IMG/VR virus record: IMGVR_UViG_642973540_000001
Source: a virus
Lineage: Duplodnaviria > Heunggongvirae > Uroviricota > Caudoviricetes
Strand: one strand, 5' to 3'
DNA: 64,000 nucleotides
Below are positions 63,979-64,000 of this stretch, one piece after another; within the stretch, counting starts at the first letter, position 1; every line of letters begins with the position of its first letter. Position numbers and translations under genes: made by a program. The notes beneath the pieces were generated by a model. The model saw only the letters and a list, made by a program, of their open reading frames with translations. It ran no database searches and was not told the origin of the DNA.

Positions 63979-64000
63979 AACCTTAAAGGATAAATCCGAC

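Noticed and set aside
1-64000. CRISPR arrays, integrases/attachment sites, transposases/IS elements, rRNA
   Set aside because: No spaced direct-repeat arrays were seen. No tyrosine/serine recombinase or DDE transposase motifs were seen in any ORF. No rRNA-like segments were seen. The only repeats are the terminator and promoter families.

Overview
This 64 kb window is one strand-organised section of a large virulent, contractile-tailed dsDNA phage genome. The likely host is an enterobacterium, judging from the sigma70 TTGACA promoters and the T4/T5/Felix-O1-style metabolic genes.

Layout, in order:
(i) 1-800: small early genes on the minus strand and an AT-rich promoter region.
(ii) 1170-4750: an array of about 29 tRNA or tRNA-like genes on the plus strand. 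It is interspersed with five near-identical TTGACAG promoters and several structured non-tRNA spacers.
(iii) 4770-33090: a plus-strand morphogenesis operon with a P2-like tail/baseplate module. It runs from a gene of unknown function through TerL, portal, two unknown genes, an S49 protease-scaffold fusion, a decoration protein, major capsid, four connector genes, sheath, tube, a chaperone with a -1 frameshift, tape measure, baseplate U/D/V/W/J/I-like genes, three or four tail-fibre/spike genes and a lysis-like pair.
(iv) 33129-44107: a minus-strand replication and nucleotide block. It holds thymidylate synthase, DHFR, ATP-dependent DNA ligase, an HD-domain CCA-adding enzyme, an SPFH lipoprotein, small regulators, a family-A DNA polymerase and an HNH-AP2 endonuclease.
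(v) A divergent promoter region, then a plus-strand block (44345-63930). It holds unknown early genes, dNMP kinase, a T7-like primase-helicase, an SSB-like protein, flap endonuclease, a GIY-YIG endonuclease, a MazG-glutaredoxin-like gene, NrdA, NrdB, glutaredoxin, a ParB-like protein, an HNH endonuclease, a prs-like plus NAMPT-like pair, a ProQ/FinO-domain RNA chaperone homologue and a small zinc-finger membrane protein.

Seven copies of one rho-independent terminator (GGGACTC-TTCG-GAGTCC-T5) punctuate the plus- and minus-strand blocks.

Most noteworthy:
- the phage-encoded ProQ/FinO protein;
- the prs-like/NAMPT-like NAD+ pair;
- non-canonical tRNAs (T-T acceptor mismatches, an odd anticodon loop, type-I tRNAs with Leu anticodons, a split tRNA-like element) together with a CCA-adding enzyme;
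- the SPFH lipoprotein;
- an unannotated -1 frameshift tail chaperone.

All coordinates were read by hand from the sequence, so allow a few nt of uncertainty on RNA ends.
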